Source: Fibrobacterales bacterium (GTDB taxonomy: Bacteria; Fibrobacterota; Fibrobacteria; Fibrobacterales; JAOPTW01). From it: 64,000 nt of DNA. This document shows positions 30,961-40,962 of the stretch, in pieces. The notes below the pieces were generated by a model that ran no database searches, was not told where the DNA came from, and saw only the letters and a program-made list of their open reading frames with translations. Location: NCBI GenBank assembly GCA_051532055.1, contig JAOPTX010000007.1:192001-256000 (forward strand), in the 5' to 3' direction. Each line of letters starts with the position of its first letter. Position 1 is the stretch's first letter. The position numbers and the translations under genes were made by a program.

Positions 30961-31197
30961 CTTATACACTCTTGTAGGAGAGAAACTGTATGATTCGATA
31001 TAACTGCGAGCTAGTGAGTAGTTATCGCACGACCCAAAGGGCGTGTCCGAAAAATATACGCTTTTTCTATTATAGTTTTGAATGAAAGAAACTGAGAACT
31101 GGCGAGCAGCTTGGGCTTAACCATAGAAACATTTTTTATTTTCAAATATTTATCCACCCTAACGAATACATTCTGACAACAAATACTTTAACTACAA

Positions 31198-31229
31198 CAA
31201 AAAAGGCCCCGGTTTTCACCAGAGCCTTT
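31198..31229 (-). terminator. Rho-independent terminator of flgM
   Basis: Minus strand AAAGGCTCTGGT-GAAA-ACCGGGGCCTTTTTT. Confidence 0.85.
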
Positions 31230-31259
31230 AAAAAAATCGAGCAATGTCCTTTTAATATC

Positions 31260-31541
31260 CTACGCAGCAACCTCTTCTAAAAATTTATTCTGGGCATAAT
31301 AACCCGCTGCAATTTTCTCTTCTACCGACTGTATCTTTCCCTCACGAATATCAGGAAGCGAATCTATTCTCTTTCTGATACTTTCAATCTCCTGATTGAG
31401 AATTGACATTTTACGTCCAGAGTCAGAAATCTCTGCTGAGTCCTGCACTTCCAACGGAGAGTTACTACTGCTCTTCCCTGCCCTCTCATCAAAATAAGAG
31501 GGCTTGTTTACAGAAGAAGCGCCTACATTTGATATATCCAT
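31260..31541 (-). CDS. flgM: Anti-sigma-28 factor FlgM
   Basis: DSAEISD...LPDIREGKIQSVEEKIAAGYY matches the FlgM C-terminal pattern; 93 aa. Confidence 0.82.
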   Translation of the reverse strand: MDISNVGASSVNKPSYFDERAGKSSSNSPLEVQDSAEISDSGRKMSILNQEIESIRKRIDSLPDIREGKIQSVEEKIAAGYYAQNKFLEEVAA

Positions 31542-31576
31542 GGTAATGAATCCTTGTTTCTCACTATTTACTTATA

Positions 31577-31604
31577 TTTTCGACAGAAAATTAGGCAAAC
31601 TTGA
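31577..31604 (-). promoter_or_regulatory. Putative sigma-28 (FliA) promoter of flgM
   Basis: TCAAG-N15-GTCGAAAA, compared with the consensus TAAA-N15-GCCGATAA. Confidence 0.55.
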
Positions 31605-31650
31605 TTGCTTAAATGAAAACCCTGTATGTTAACTACTATTTTACATTACT

Positions 31651-32439
31651 ATGAATAAATTCCTCCAAAAAGCCATCGACCTTGCCCGTGAAGCAGGAGC
31701 CCTCGCCCTTGCAAAACAGCGACATCTCACAGAGATTCACTACAAAGATCCCAAAGACATTGTCACTGATGCCGATATCGCCTGTGACCAATTGATCCGT
31801 AGGGGCCTCATTGAAGCTTTCCCCGAACATAATATTCTTACCGAAGAACATGGCCTCATTGACAATCAATCAGAGTACACTTGGGTAATCGACCCTATAG
31901 ACGGCACTGTGAACTATTCACGAGGCATGCCACTTTGGGGCATATCCATTGGACTTCTCCATAAAGGCATTCCCATTCTTGGTGTCGTAAACCATGCAGC
32001 TCTAGACGACCTTTATACTGCAATTCAAGGAGAAGGCGCATTCTGTAATGGAAGAGCCATATCGGTGAGTACCGTAACTGATACCCATCAGTGTATTATC
32101 AATAACGGTGACTTCAATGTAGGATCCGGACATAACCCCGAAGCGATCCAAGAGCACACCTTCAAGAACTATCACAACCAAGCCCCTCACTTTCAACGCA
32201 TGAAAACCTTTGGATCTGCGGTACTTGAAGCTGGATGGGTTGCATGCGGAAGACTCGACGCCTACTGTATGACTATGTCATTCCCTTGGGATATTGTGGC
32301 AATTACCGTAATTGTCCAAGAAGCTGGCGGTACGGTAACCAACATGGATGGCTCTCCACTCACAATTGTCGATGGCGCAAAAGTTATTTTTAGCAACAGC
32401 CACATCCACAATGAAATAGTGAGCATTCTCAATAATTGA
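31651..32439 (+). CDS. suhB: Inositol monophosphatase family protein
   Basis: DIVTDAD, ILTEE, WVIDPIDGTVNY, WDIVA..VIVQEAGG. Confidence 0.88.
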   Translation: MNKFLQKAIDLAREAGALALAKQRHLTEIHYKDPKDIVTDADIACDQLIRRGLIEAFPEHNILTEEHGLIDNQSEYTWVIDPIDGTVNYSRGMPLWGISIGLLHKGIPILGVVNHAALDDLYTAIQGEGAFCNGRAISVSTVTDTHQCIINNGDFNVGSGHNPEAIQEHTFKNYHNQAPHFQRMKTFGSAVLEAGWVACGRLDAYCMTMSFPWDIVAITVIVQEAGGTVTNMDGSPLTIVDGAKVIFSNSHIHNEIVSILNN

Positions 32440-32528
32440 CAATTTAAGCAATTAAAGTAAGCATAAAAATCCCCCAAAACCCAATTAAATTCAGTATACT
32501 GTATCTACATATTTGAATTGGGTCTACT

Positions 32529-35084
32529 ATGTTTTTCCGGAAATTTATTCTCCCTGTAGTGAGCATCTTTATTTTTTGCGCTACCATTCTCACCGCTATT
32601 CCTCTTTTTTTACCAGAAACAGGCATCAACCTTTTTCTAATCCTTACCCAAAGTATCTGTATCTCACTAGGCGCCGTAGTTACCCTAACCATTTTTGGCT
32701 TCATACGGCAGAAATACCCTAAGAATCAATCAAACAATCAAACAATCACGAAACCATTTCGCAAAATCACCTCTATTCAATATCAATCAGCATCCATTTT
32801 TATTCTTCTTTCAATACTCCCCATGATTGTCATTGGGTTCTTTTTCAACACCCATCTTGAGTCCACATTTAAAGATGAAACCCTTCGCAGCAAACAAGAG
32901 AGCCTTCAGTGGTCCCAACTTGAATTAACCAATACACTGTACACTCTACAACGAACACTTCTCCAGTCAGCGCAGTCCAATGAAGTGAAAAAACTGTTTA
33001 CCAGAACCCTAGCTGGAGGCCGGCCCCTCTCGAAGACCGAAATTACAGCCCAGCAAAGTCAAATTTACAACAGCACCTATATCGACCTCTTTACAATACC
33101 TATCATTCGCACCGATTTTATAAAACCAAATGGTTCGCTCATCTTTAGTTTCGATCACTCCAACTACACCTTTGTACATCAATACTCCTTTAAGCAGACA
33201 AACAAAAACATAGCTCTTCAGGGCCGCAAACGATCAGCAGGTGAAATCATCCTCCATCAAGAACACCCATCCTCTAATGCCACTCTAAAAGAAAACACCC
33301 TGCTACTGCATATCGCTACCCCTGTAGTGAGTAATAAAAAAATTAGCGGTTATATCGTACAACACCTCTCTGTTTATGCACTCCTTTCATCCATTGCAAC
33401 CATCGCAAACGAATCCTTCATCATGCTCTCAGATCAAAACTACAACTACTATTATTCTCAATTCAACACAGAGGCATCACAAAAACTCTGGAAAAAATTT
33501 TTTGAATGGCCCCAACAAATACTTCACAACCAAAACAGCTCACTCCAACCAACCGACAATTCAACTTATATCTTTCACGCAACCACTCATATTAATCTGA
33601 AAGATCAAAAACAAAAATGGCTCATAAGCAGTACCATTAACGCCAATGCCCACATGAAAAAAGCATCACTTTTTAGCACAGTGCTGGTCTCATTTATTAT
33701 CGGCATGGGATGTATTGTCTTTGGACTTTCGATCCTTGTCGCCCACTACTGGAGTACGCCCCTGCTGCAACTATCAGGCGTGGCAGAAAAACTAAAACGA
33801 GGCGATTACACAGTGCGCTCTTCAATAAATCGGAGTGATGAAATCGGTCTTCTCTCAACGACGTTCAATAGCATGGCCGAAAAGGTTGAGCACTATACCA
33901 CTGATCTCGAGAGTACCGTAGCTGAAAGAACGAATCAATATAATCATGCCCGTGAAAAAGCAGAGGCTATTAGTGCAGCAAAAAGTCGGTTCCTCGCTCA
34001 TATTTCTCAAGAAATCAGAACACCAATGAACAGCATTGTTGGCTCATCTTCACTCCTTAAAGAGGTACATTTAGATAAGGAGCACAACGGCTATGTTTCT
34101 ATAATAAACGACTCAACTCAAGCGCTTCTCAATGTTGTCAATGACATTATTGACTTTTCGAGAATTGAAAACAATACCCTTGAGATCGAATCCATTCCTT
34201 TTCAACTCAATACGATCTTGGAACTCGTCCATGCACATTTTATGCCTCTTGCAGAAGAGAAAGGACTGGCCTTCGTATTACAGACCCCAGAGAAAAACCC
34301 AGTAACCCTCATTGGTGATGCAACCCGCATAAAACAAGTCCTCTTTAACCTCGTTTCAAATGCCATCAAATTTACTCATACAGGTAGTGTAATATTAGCC
34401 GCTGAACACACTTTTATTAATGACCACTATATCATTACCTTCATGGTTACCGACACCGGTATTGGTATTCCAGAAAAATATAGAGAAAACATCTTTTTTA
34501 GCTTCACTCAGGCGGAGCCTACCACCGATGAACAATATGGTGGTATCGGACTTGGACTTTCCCTCTGCAAACATCTTACAGAACTGATGGGAGGCACTCT
34601 TTCTATCAAAAGTAAAGAGCAGAGCGGATCAACCTTTACCGTATCCTTAACCTTAAAAGCATCAGATACACAGCTTTCAGAAATGCCGTCACCAGCAATG
34701 GATAAGAATCGTAATTATCAGAAATCAATACTCCTTGTTGAAGACAACAAAGTCAACCAAGTTGTAACCCAAAAGAGCCTCGTACAAATGGGGCTCACCG
34801 TCACCATTGCCGAACAGGGTGAACACGCGCTCGACCTTTTACAAACACACAACTACGATCTCATTTTTATGGACATACAAATGCCTATCATGGACGGACT
34901 TACCGCGACACGAGCCATACGAGCACAACTAAAACTCACAACACCCATTGTCGCAATGACCGCCCTTGCCCTCAAAGAAAACCGCCTCAAATGCTTTGAA
35001 GCGGGGATGGATGGCTTTATATCAAAACCACTCACCAAAGAAGATATCATTATTGAATTAGACCGCTGGTTTCATACACAATAA
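32529..35084 (+). CDS. Hybrid sensor kinase (TM, Cache-like domain, HAMP, HisKA, HATPase, receiver) with a degenerate H-box
   Basis: DEIGLLSTTFNSM; AHISQEIRTPMN; NLVSNAIKF; DTGIG; LLVEDN...FMDIQMP. Confidence 0.9.
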   Translation: MFFRKFILPVVSIFIFCATILTAIPLFLPETGINLFLILTQSICISLGAVVTLTIFGFIRQKYPKNQSNNQTITKPFRKITSIQYQSASIFILLSILPMIVIGFFFNTHLESTFKDETLRSKQESLQWSQLELTNTLYTLQRTLLQSAQSNEVKKLFTRTLAGGRPLSKTEITAQQSQIYNSTYIDLFTIPIIRTDFIKPNGSLIFSFDHSNYTFVHQYSFKQTNKNIALQGRKRSAGEIILHQEHPSSNATLKENTLLLHIATPVVSNKKISGYIVQHLSVYALLSSIATIANESFIMLSDQNYNYYYSQFNTEASQKLWKKFFEWPQQILHNQNSSLQPTDNSTYIFHATTHINLKDQKQKWLISSTINANAHMKKASLFSTVLVSFIIGMGCIVFGLSILVAHYWSTPLLQLSGVAEKLKRGDYTVRSSINRSDEIGLLSTTFNSMAEKVEHYTTDLESTVAERTNQYNHAREKAEAISAAKSRFLAHISQEIRTPMNSIVGSSSLLKEVHLDKEHNGYVSIINDSTQALLNVVNDIIDFSRIENNTLEIESIPFQLNTILELVHAHFMPLAEEKGLAFVLQTPEKNPVTLIGDATRIKQVLFNLVSNAIKFTHTGSVILAAEHTFINDHYIITFMVTDTGIGIPEKYRENIFFSFTQAEPTTDEQYGGIGLGLSLCKHLTELMGGTLSIKSKEQSGSTFTVSLTLKASDTQLSEMPSPAMDKNRNYQKSILLVEDNKVNQVVTQKSLVQMGLTVTIAEQGEHALDLLQTHNYDLIFMDIQMPIMDGLTATRAIRAQLKLTTPIVAMTALALKENRLKCFEAGMDGFISKPLTKEDIIIELDRWFHTQ

Positions 35085-35091
35085 CTGAGTA

Positions 35092-36342
35092 CTATGTATT
35101 TAACACCTCTTCACCCTCTGTTTTTGCAATAAGTACTGCACCGCACGAATCACTCCACACATTAACAGAGGTTCTACACATATCTAATATTCTATCCACT
35201 GCGAGAATCAATCCTATTCCTTCAGCCGGAAGCCCTATTGCCCCAAGAATAATCACAATAGCTACAAGGCTCGCCGAAGGAATGCCCGCAACACCAATAG
35301 AAGTGAGGAGCGCCACCAAAACAATAATAAACTGAGTAGCTATGTCAATTTCAAGCCCATAGGCCTGTGCGATAAACATTGCTGCCACACATTCATAAAG
35401 CGCTGTTCCATCCATATTAACTGTAGCACCGAGCGGGAGTACAAAACTAGTTACCTTTTTTGAGGCGCCAGATCTTTTCACACACTCCATAGTCTCAGGT
35501 AGCGTAGCCGATGAAGAACTTGTAGAAAATGCAGTTAACAGTGCTGGACTCATATTGCGAAAATGCAATTTTGGACTGAGACCAAAAAACTTCAACATTA
35601 CAGGCATACTCACAAACATATGAACAAGTAGTGCACCAAGCACGGTAAAAAAGAAGAGTGTGAGAGGTTCAATTGCATCAAGTCCCGTTTTTGAAACCGT
35701 CTTCGCGATAAGTCCAAATACTCCCAAAGGCGCAAAACGCATAACTAAATGGGTCATCTTGAGCATCACTTCATAGATACCATTCCAAAAGGTGAGCTGT
35801 AAATCACTATACTCCTTTTTGATACGCATCATAAAGAAGCCAAATAAGAGACTAAATGTTATAAGACCAAGCATCTGACCCTTGGCAGCAGCGCTCACTA
35901 TATTGGGCGGGACCATCCTCAGAAAAATTGCAACGATATCAGAAGCACCTTTACCTTCAACTGCCTGTACCTTCGAAGCTGTCATTTCACTAAATCCCAA
36001 TATTTCTTTGGCAGGCACCCCATCAATGATACCTGGTTGCGTAATATTGACTATAATTAAGCCCGTTACAATTGCAATAAAACTGGTAAAGGCATAATAA
36101 CCAACAGTCTTTAACCCCAATCGTGCAAACCCTTTCTCGGTTCCAATATTCGATATCCCCGATATAATTGCTGACACAATAAGGGGCACTATGAGCATTT
36201 TAAGGGCATTTATGAAAAATGTGCCTAAGAATTCAAAAGTTGCCAACAAAGCAACAGATTCAATCTCTTTATACAGAAACCCAAAAGGCACCGCCAAGAC
36301 AATTGCAATTAAGATCTGCCAATGTAATTTTAACTTTAACAT
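35092..36342 (-). CDS. DAACS-family dicarboxylate/amino acid:cation symporter
   Basis: AFSTSSSSATLP, PLGATVNMDGTALY, DRILDMCRTSVNV. Confidence 0.94.
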   Translation of the reverse strand: MLKLKLHWQILIAIVLAVPFGFLYKEIESVALLATFEFLGTFFINALKMLIVPLIVSAIISGISNIGTEKGFARLGLKTVGYYAFTSFIAIVTGLIIVNITQPGIIDGVPAKEILGFSEMTASKVQAVEGKGASDIVAIFLRMVPPNIVSAAAKGQMLGLITFSLLFGFFMMRIKKEYSDLQLTFWNGIYEVMLKMTHLVMRFAPLGVFGLIAKTVSKTGLDAIEPLTLFFFTVLGALLVHMFVSMPVMLKFFGLSPKLHFRNMSPALLTAFSTSSSSATLPETMECVKRSGASKKVTSFVLPLGATVNMDGTALYECVAAMFIAQAYGLEIDIATQFIIVLVALLTSIGVAGIPSASLVAIVIILGAIGLPAEGIGLILAVDRILDMCRTSVNVWSDSCGAVLIAKTEGEEVLNT

Positions 36343-36491
36343 AGATTACCGCTCACTCTGATATATGTTCATTTTAAATAGTATAGTTTAATCAACCCTA
36401 TCACTTTGGAAAAATAGTGCTCTGCCCCTTAAGGATAGAGAGTTATTTGCTACATTGAAATCCATACTACCCCATGCAGATCAGGTATATA

Positions 36492-38393
36492 ATGAAAATA
36501 TTCATACAAATCTCCTTAGTATGTATCGCCCTATTCTTCACCACCCACTGTAATCTCTTTGAATCATTCGTTGAAACTGAAGAGAGCAACTATGACAATT
36601 TACTGATTAAAGGTAATGATGCGTTTAGTTCCGGAAAATATGAGTCAGCCTCTCAATATTACGTCGAAGCTCAATCAGCCGATCCTTCACGATCAGAAGC
36701 ATGGGTCTTCCATGCAAAGGCCGTGATGCGCCTCTATGGCCTTGAATACAGCACTATCAATGATGAAATCAAAAGAAAATCTGATGGAGAACTCGGGCTC
36801 CCATTTATCAATAAGTGTGATGCTTCAAATCTAGACTGTATTGATAGCATCTTTTATCCTATCGCCTTAACCGTTCGAAACTTAGAATACGTTACCAAAG
36901 GCACAGACACTGCAAGCCAAGGAATGATTGGTGAAGAAGTAGTAGTACTAGACGTAGCCCTTCTTCAAGGGATGGCCTCTATGCTTAACCCACTTGATCT
37001 TGATAATAATTTACATATCGACACCCTCTGCGGCTATGACATCTGTGGCTCAAATGCATCTGGTTGTTCCAATAATCCCGCTGGTCTCATGGACTACACA
37101 TCAAAATGCCCCTACGGAGCAAAGAGTGAACTCAAGCGATATCAATCATTTAGAACCCTTACCGAAGCACTGAATATTGATGACCTCCAATCAGATGCTA
37201 TCGAAGCAAAAGACATTTCACGAAACCCCAATGAGATAAATCAGTTTATCGATGACATAGCACTCCCTGCTAAATCTTCCCGTGATAACCTCGGAAAAGT
37301 AAACTCTGCAATTGATCAACATGCTGATGATAAATCACTTGGGGAACAACTGAGTGATGTAACCGAGATCATTGATAACCTCGTCTCATTCGTTCAGTAT
37401 TACAAAAACAACGATACCCTCGATAATGATTTCGATTACCCCTCAGAAAATACTCCTGATAGCATAATGACCTGGCATGACTTTGACGGCGACAATAGCA
37501 TTCGTTATGACTACACTGACTCTCTGAGAAACATAGTAGGCGTAACGTCCTTTAAATCTCGGATGGGGTCAATAGGACACCCGGTTCACCGACATGCTCA
37601 TCCAAGCCTCTATTATACTATGGAGGAGTTCGGAGCACAACTCGAATCTAAAACAGATTCCACAACACAGTTTAATCGCACTAAAAACATGGTCGACCAC
37701 TGTAAATCAGTCACTCGATCTCAATCGGGTATCAGCAATGACCTTGAAGATCTCATAAAAGACTCAACCTGTACACAAATTTCATCGGTTCTTAAAGAAG
37801 GTACGACTCCCCCAAGCCAAAGTGACTGGATCTCTGGCCCCTTTGGTATTGATGAAGAAATCCTCGATGATTATGATAATGATTTTGATGGTATTAAAAA
37901 TGAAGATAGCCGCCTCGCCATTGGAATGGACGACGATACTGACGCTCTATTCGCTACTCAGTCTCCTCACCCTGTTACTCCTATGGTATGGATTGATGGC
38001 AATGGCAATAATTGCATCGACATCGACACCACCGTGGCACAAGCAAGTACCGAACGAACATTCTGTATCGGCACCCTTGAACACCGCCTCTACCTTGCTC
38101 AAAACGTTCCTGATTCACTCGACGTCTACTACAAACCTTTTGATCTTGATGATCACCCCGATTTTCAAGATGAATGCATGGCAGATGTACTCTTTTTTGA
38201 ACTCTCTGCACTGTTTAGTACAGAGATCATTACCTTAGCCTGCACCGTGGGACATCACTGGGCACTTGATCGGCCGGCGCTATCTGAATGGACCAGTGGC
38301 ACCTTCGGTATTGATGAAGAAAAAATCGATGGCATCGATAATGATGGTGATGGATATATTGATGAAGACGTTTCTGCACTGGAGGTTAACTAA
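36492..38393 (+). CDS. Acidic, Cys-rich probable lipoprotein with an N-terminal TPR and DxDxDG Ca-binding repeats
   Basis: Signal ending in Cys; TPR-like helix pair; repeated W.SG.FGIDEE..D..DND.DG...ED. Confidence 0.65.
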   Translation: MKIFIQISLVCIALFFTTHCNLFESFVETEESNYDNLLIKGNDAFSSGKYESASQYYVEAQSADPSRSEAWVFHAKAVMRLYGLEYSTINDEIKRKSDGELGLPFINKCDASNLDCIDSIFYPIALTVRNLEYVTKGTDTASQGMIGEEVVVLDVALLQGMASMLNPLDLDNNLHIDTLCGYDICGSNASGCSNNPAGLMDYTSKCPYGAKSELKRYQSFRTLTEALNIDDLQSDAIEAKDISRNPNEINQFIDDIALPAKSSRDNLGKVNSAIDQHADDKSLGEQLSDVTEIIDNLVSFVQYYKNNDTLDNDFDYPSENTPDSIMTWHDFDGDNSIRYDYTDSLRNIVGVTSFKSRMGSIGHPVHRHAHPSLYYTMEEFGAQLESKTDSTTQFNRTKNMVDHCKSVTRSQSGISNDLEDLIKDSTCTQISSVLKEGTTPPSQSDWISGPFGIDEEILDDYDNDFDGIKNEDSRLAIGMDDDTDALFATQSPHPVTPMVWIDGNGNNCIDIDTTVAQASTERTFCIGTLEHRLYLAQNVPDSLDVYYKPFDLDDHPDFQDECMADVLFFELSALFSTEIITLACTVGHHWALDRPALSEWTSGTFGIDEEKIDGIDNDGDGYIDEDVSALEVN

Positions 38394-39466
38394 TGCGTAT
38401 TACAATAATGACCCTTATACTTTTTGCTCAACTCGCTTTGGCAAACCCAATTGACTACTACCGTGGTGAGAAATCTCAGGCGATGGGACAAACTGGGGTC
38501 GCCTCTCTGAGCGGTCACCACTCTCTCTCACTTAACCCTGCACTTCTCGCCAACTATACAAGCTGGAATGTAGATCTCTTCTCTACAATTGGAGTAAATG
38601 GCGTCTTAGTCGACTACGCAGATTGGCTCGTCGATAATTCGAGTAACATTTCAGACTTTGATACACTCATGACCAAACTCGACCCAATTGACAACAAATG
38701 GGCCCCTTTTCTGGTACATGGTGGATTAGGTGTACAAATTAAACAATTTGCCCTTAACTTCACTTGGAATACCTATACACGAGTAGCCATGACCAAAGCT
38801 CCTATTACACCAGTACTCGGCGTTGGAGCGCGCACCAACTTCAAACTTATTTCTGGATATGGCTTAGAGATCAATCCAGGACTCTCTCTAGGTGTTGCAC
38901 TCTATGGTAAATACTCTATCATCTATAAAGATCGCTATCTTGGCACCACCAGTGAAGACTTTTGGACAGTGTACAATACCATGAATAGTGATGATAAAAG
39001 TACTTGGTCAAAAATCACCGTCGCAGAAGAAATCGCCGATACCAAAATGAACTTTGGCGGCAACATAGGAGTCACTAAAGAGATTGGCTCATACATGACT
39101 ACTGCTTTTTCTTTGATAGACATTGGAGAGAGTGCCTCTCCAAATCTCGCCTTTAATGCCCACTATCAACTCGGTAAAAGCGACACATTTCACACACTAT
39201 TTGACGGCAATATTGATTGGCAACAGATGTTTATCAGTGACCATATCTATCAACAATTTAAACTTGGTACGTCAGCATCATTGAGTAATGGCAACAGAAG
39301 AGTAGGGTATATTGCTGCAGGTTTAAATGATGGGTACCCAACCTTTGGCATTCAAGCAGGATACGGCTTTTATGTAACCTATACCTATTTCACTCAAGAA
39401 ACAGGAACGTATCCAGGGCAGCGCCCACTGACGTTTCACAAACTGACATTAGAAATAGGGATTTAA
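38393..39466 (+). CDS. Outer-membrane beta-barrel (FadL/PorV/TraF-like)
   Basis: Signal peptide; AMGQTGVA...LNPALLA N-terminal motif; GLNDGYPTFG; start overlaps the upstream stop. Confidence 0.65.
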   Translation: MRITIMTLILFAQLALANPIDYYRGEKSQAMGQTGVASLSGHHSLSLNPALLANYTSWNVDLFSTIGVNGVLVDYADWLVDNSSNISDFDTLMTKLDPIDNKWAPFLVHGGLGVQIKQFALNFTWNTYTRVAMTKAPITPVLGVGARTNFKLISGYGLEINPGLSLGVALYGKYSIIYKDRYLGTTSEDFWTVYNTMNSDDKSTWSKITVAEEIADTKMNFGGNIGVTKEIGSYMTTAFSLIDIGESASPNLAFNAHYQLGKSDTFHTLFDGNIDWQQMFISDHIYQQFKLGTSASLSNGNRRVGYIAAGLNDGYPTFGIQAGYGFYVTYTYFTQETGTYPGQRPLTFHKLTLEIGI

Positions 39467-39948
39467 AGTTCTGGCGGAATGTAGGGTACGGTTCTCAAGC
39501 AAAGCCTTGCCACTTCTTCCCAGTCTAGATCTTTAGGTTGATTCCCGTTTTTAAGCATTCTCAATTTTGGCAAAAACCGGTTATGTCGGAGTGACTCGAG
39601 TACCACCTGTTTCTCTTTAAAAGGGAGAAAACTGAAATTTTCGATAATATCAGGATGTACCTTTTTCAGGAACTTAAACTGATAGGGTACAGGAAAGTGG
39701 TATTTCCAACAGTCTGTAAGTCCTTGTAAATAAGCATGCCAGTTGATGCCGCCCCGTACGAAAAAAAGCCGTGGCTCTATTGATAACGCATCTGTTGCAT
39801 CAATCAATGCAATATCACTCAGGTACAGGTACTTTATAACCCCTTGTCGCTGAGTAACTGAGCCATCTTCTTCTAACACATCGAGAGTCACCGTTGGCCC
39901 ATTATAGTAAATGGGAGTGCGCTTGGTTTTATTGTTAGAGTGACTCAT
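39463..39948 (-). CDS. Hypothetical protein
   Basis: 161-aa ORF filling the gap; no recognised motif. Confidence 0.6.
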   Translation of the reverse strand: MSHSNNKTKRTPIYYNGPTVTLDVLEEDGSVTQRQGVIKYLYLSDIALIDATDALSIEPRLFFVRGGINWHAYLQGLTDCWKYHFPVPYQFKFLKKVHPDIIENFSFLPFKEKQVVLESLRHNRFLPKLRMLKNGNQPKDLDWEEVARLCLRTVPYIPPEL

Positions 39949-39970
39949 ATCTGCTTAGTTTAAAGGAGTG

Positions 39971-40117
39971 TTACGCCGCCTGTGTCGTAATGCGATTCTT
40001 TACAATTCTTTCATACTCATAAGAAGTTATTGAGACGGCCTTACATACTGCCCCCTTCTCGATGCCAGCTCGAATGAGCGCAGCAGCTAACCCCTCATTA
40101 TCTCTCACTTTATACAT
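39971..40117 (-). CDS. Small protein (48 aa), possibly HTH-like
   Basis: Below the ORF-track cutoff: MYKVRDNEGLAAALIRAGIEKGAVCKAVSITSYEYERIVKNRITTQAA; GAGGT RBS upstream. Confidence 0.6.
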   Translation of the reverse strand: MYKVRDNEGLAAALIRAGIEKGAVCKAVSITSYEYERIVKNRITTQAA

Positions 40118-40188
40118 ATGCACCTCACTATAGATTCTATGACACAATATAGATTAGTGCACAAGTGTTCACTATCAATTTTTAGTAC

Positions 40189-40848
40189 TTAACTCATTTT
40201 TTCACAAAAATCTTTACACGCTTGAACAACATCCTCTTGTCCAAAAACCGCGGAACCTGCCACAAAAATATTTGCTCCTGCATCTTGGACCTCTTTAATG
40301 TTTTCAAGTTTGATCCCGCCATCAACTTCGATATCAAGATCAGGTTTCAGGGCGCGAATCGCTTTCACCTTTTCTAAGGTGTAAGGAATAAGTTTTTGAC
40401 CACCAAAACCAGGATTCACCGACATGATTAACACCATATCAACAATATCTAAAATCGGTTCAATCGCAGAGATAGGTGTGCCAGGATTGATTGAAACACC
40501 AGCCTTTGCACCGAGTTCTTTAATAAGATTTATCGTTCTGTCTGCGTGGTTGGTGCTCTCAATTTGAAAGGTGACAATATCGGCTCCAGCCTTTATAAAT
40601 TCAGGGATGTATCGACTTGGCTCATCAATCATTAAATGACAATCAAACGGCAAATCAGTTACTTTTCTTAACCCTTTAATAACAACAGGACCAAAAGAAA
40701 TATTCGGTACAAAATGTCCATCCATAATATCGAGATGAATAAAACCGGCACCCCCAAGCTCTGCTTCCTTGATGTCTTTTGCAAGGTTAGAAAAGTCGGC
40801 ACTTAAAATACTGGGTGATAATACAGGAGTTAGTGGCATATTGTACAC
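40189..40848 (-). CDS. rpe: Ribulose-phosphate 3-epimerase
   Basis: PSILSADF, HLDIMDGHFVPN, DCHLM, MSVNPGFGGQ, EVDGG. Confidence 0.97.
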   Translation of the reverse strand: MYNMPLTPVLSPSILSADFSNLAKDIKEAELGGAGFIHLDIMDGHFVPNISFGPVVIKGLRKVTDLPFDCHLMIDEPSRYIPEFIKAGADIVTFQIESTNHADRTINLIKELGAKAGVSINPGTPISAIEPILDIVDMVLIMSVNPGFGGQKLIPYTLEKVKAIRALKPDLDIEVDGGIKLENIKEVQDAGANIFVAGSAVFGQEDVVQACKDFCEKMS

Positions 40849-40962
40849 TTTGGGTTATAAATTTATGTGACACAAAAATAAAAAATTCACACTTTTTTTG
40901 CCCAACCCAATCGCCATCTATAGTATGTTTTACTTATTAGCACTTCATTTTAGGATATAACC

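Noticed and set aside
30778..30969. 63-aa minus-strand ORF
   Set aside because: Antisense shadow of tRNA-Arg and its terminator.
30855..31260. Genomic island integrated at tRNA-Arg
   Set aside because: No integrase and no duplicated tRNA 3' end noticed in the window.
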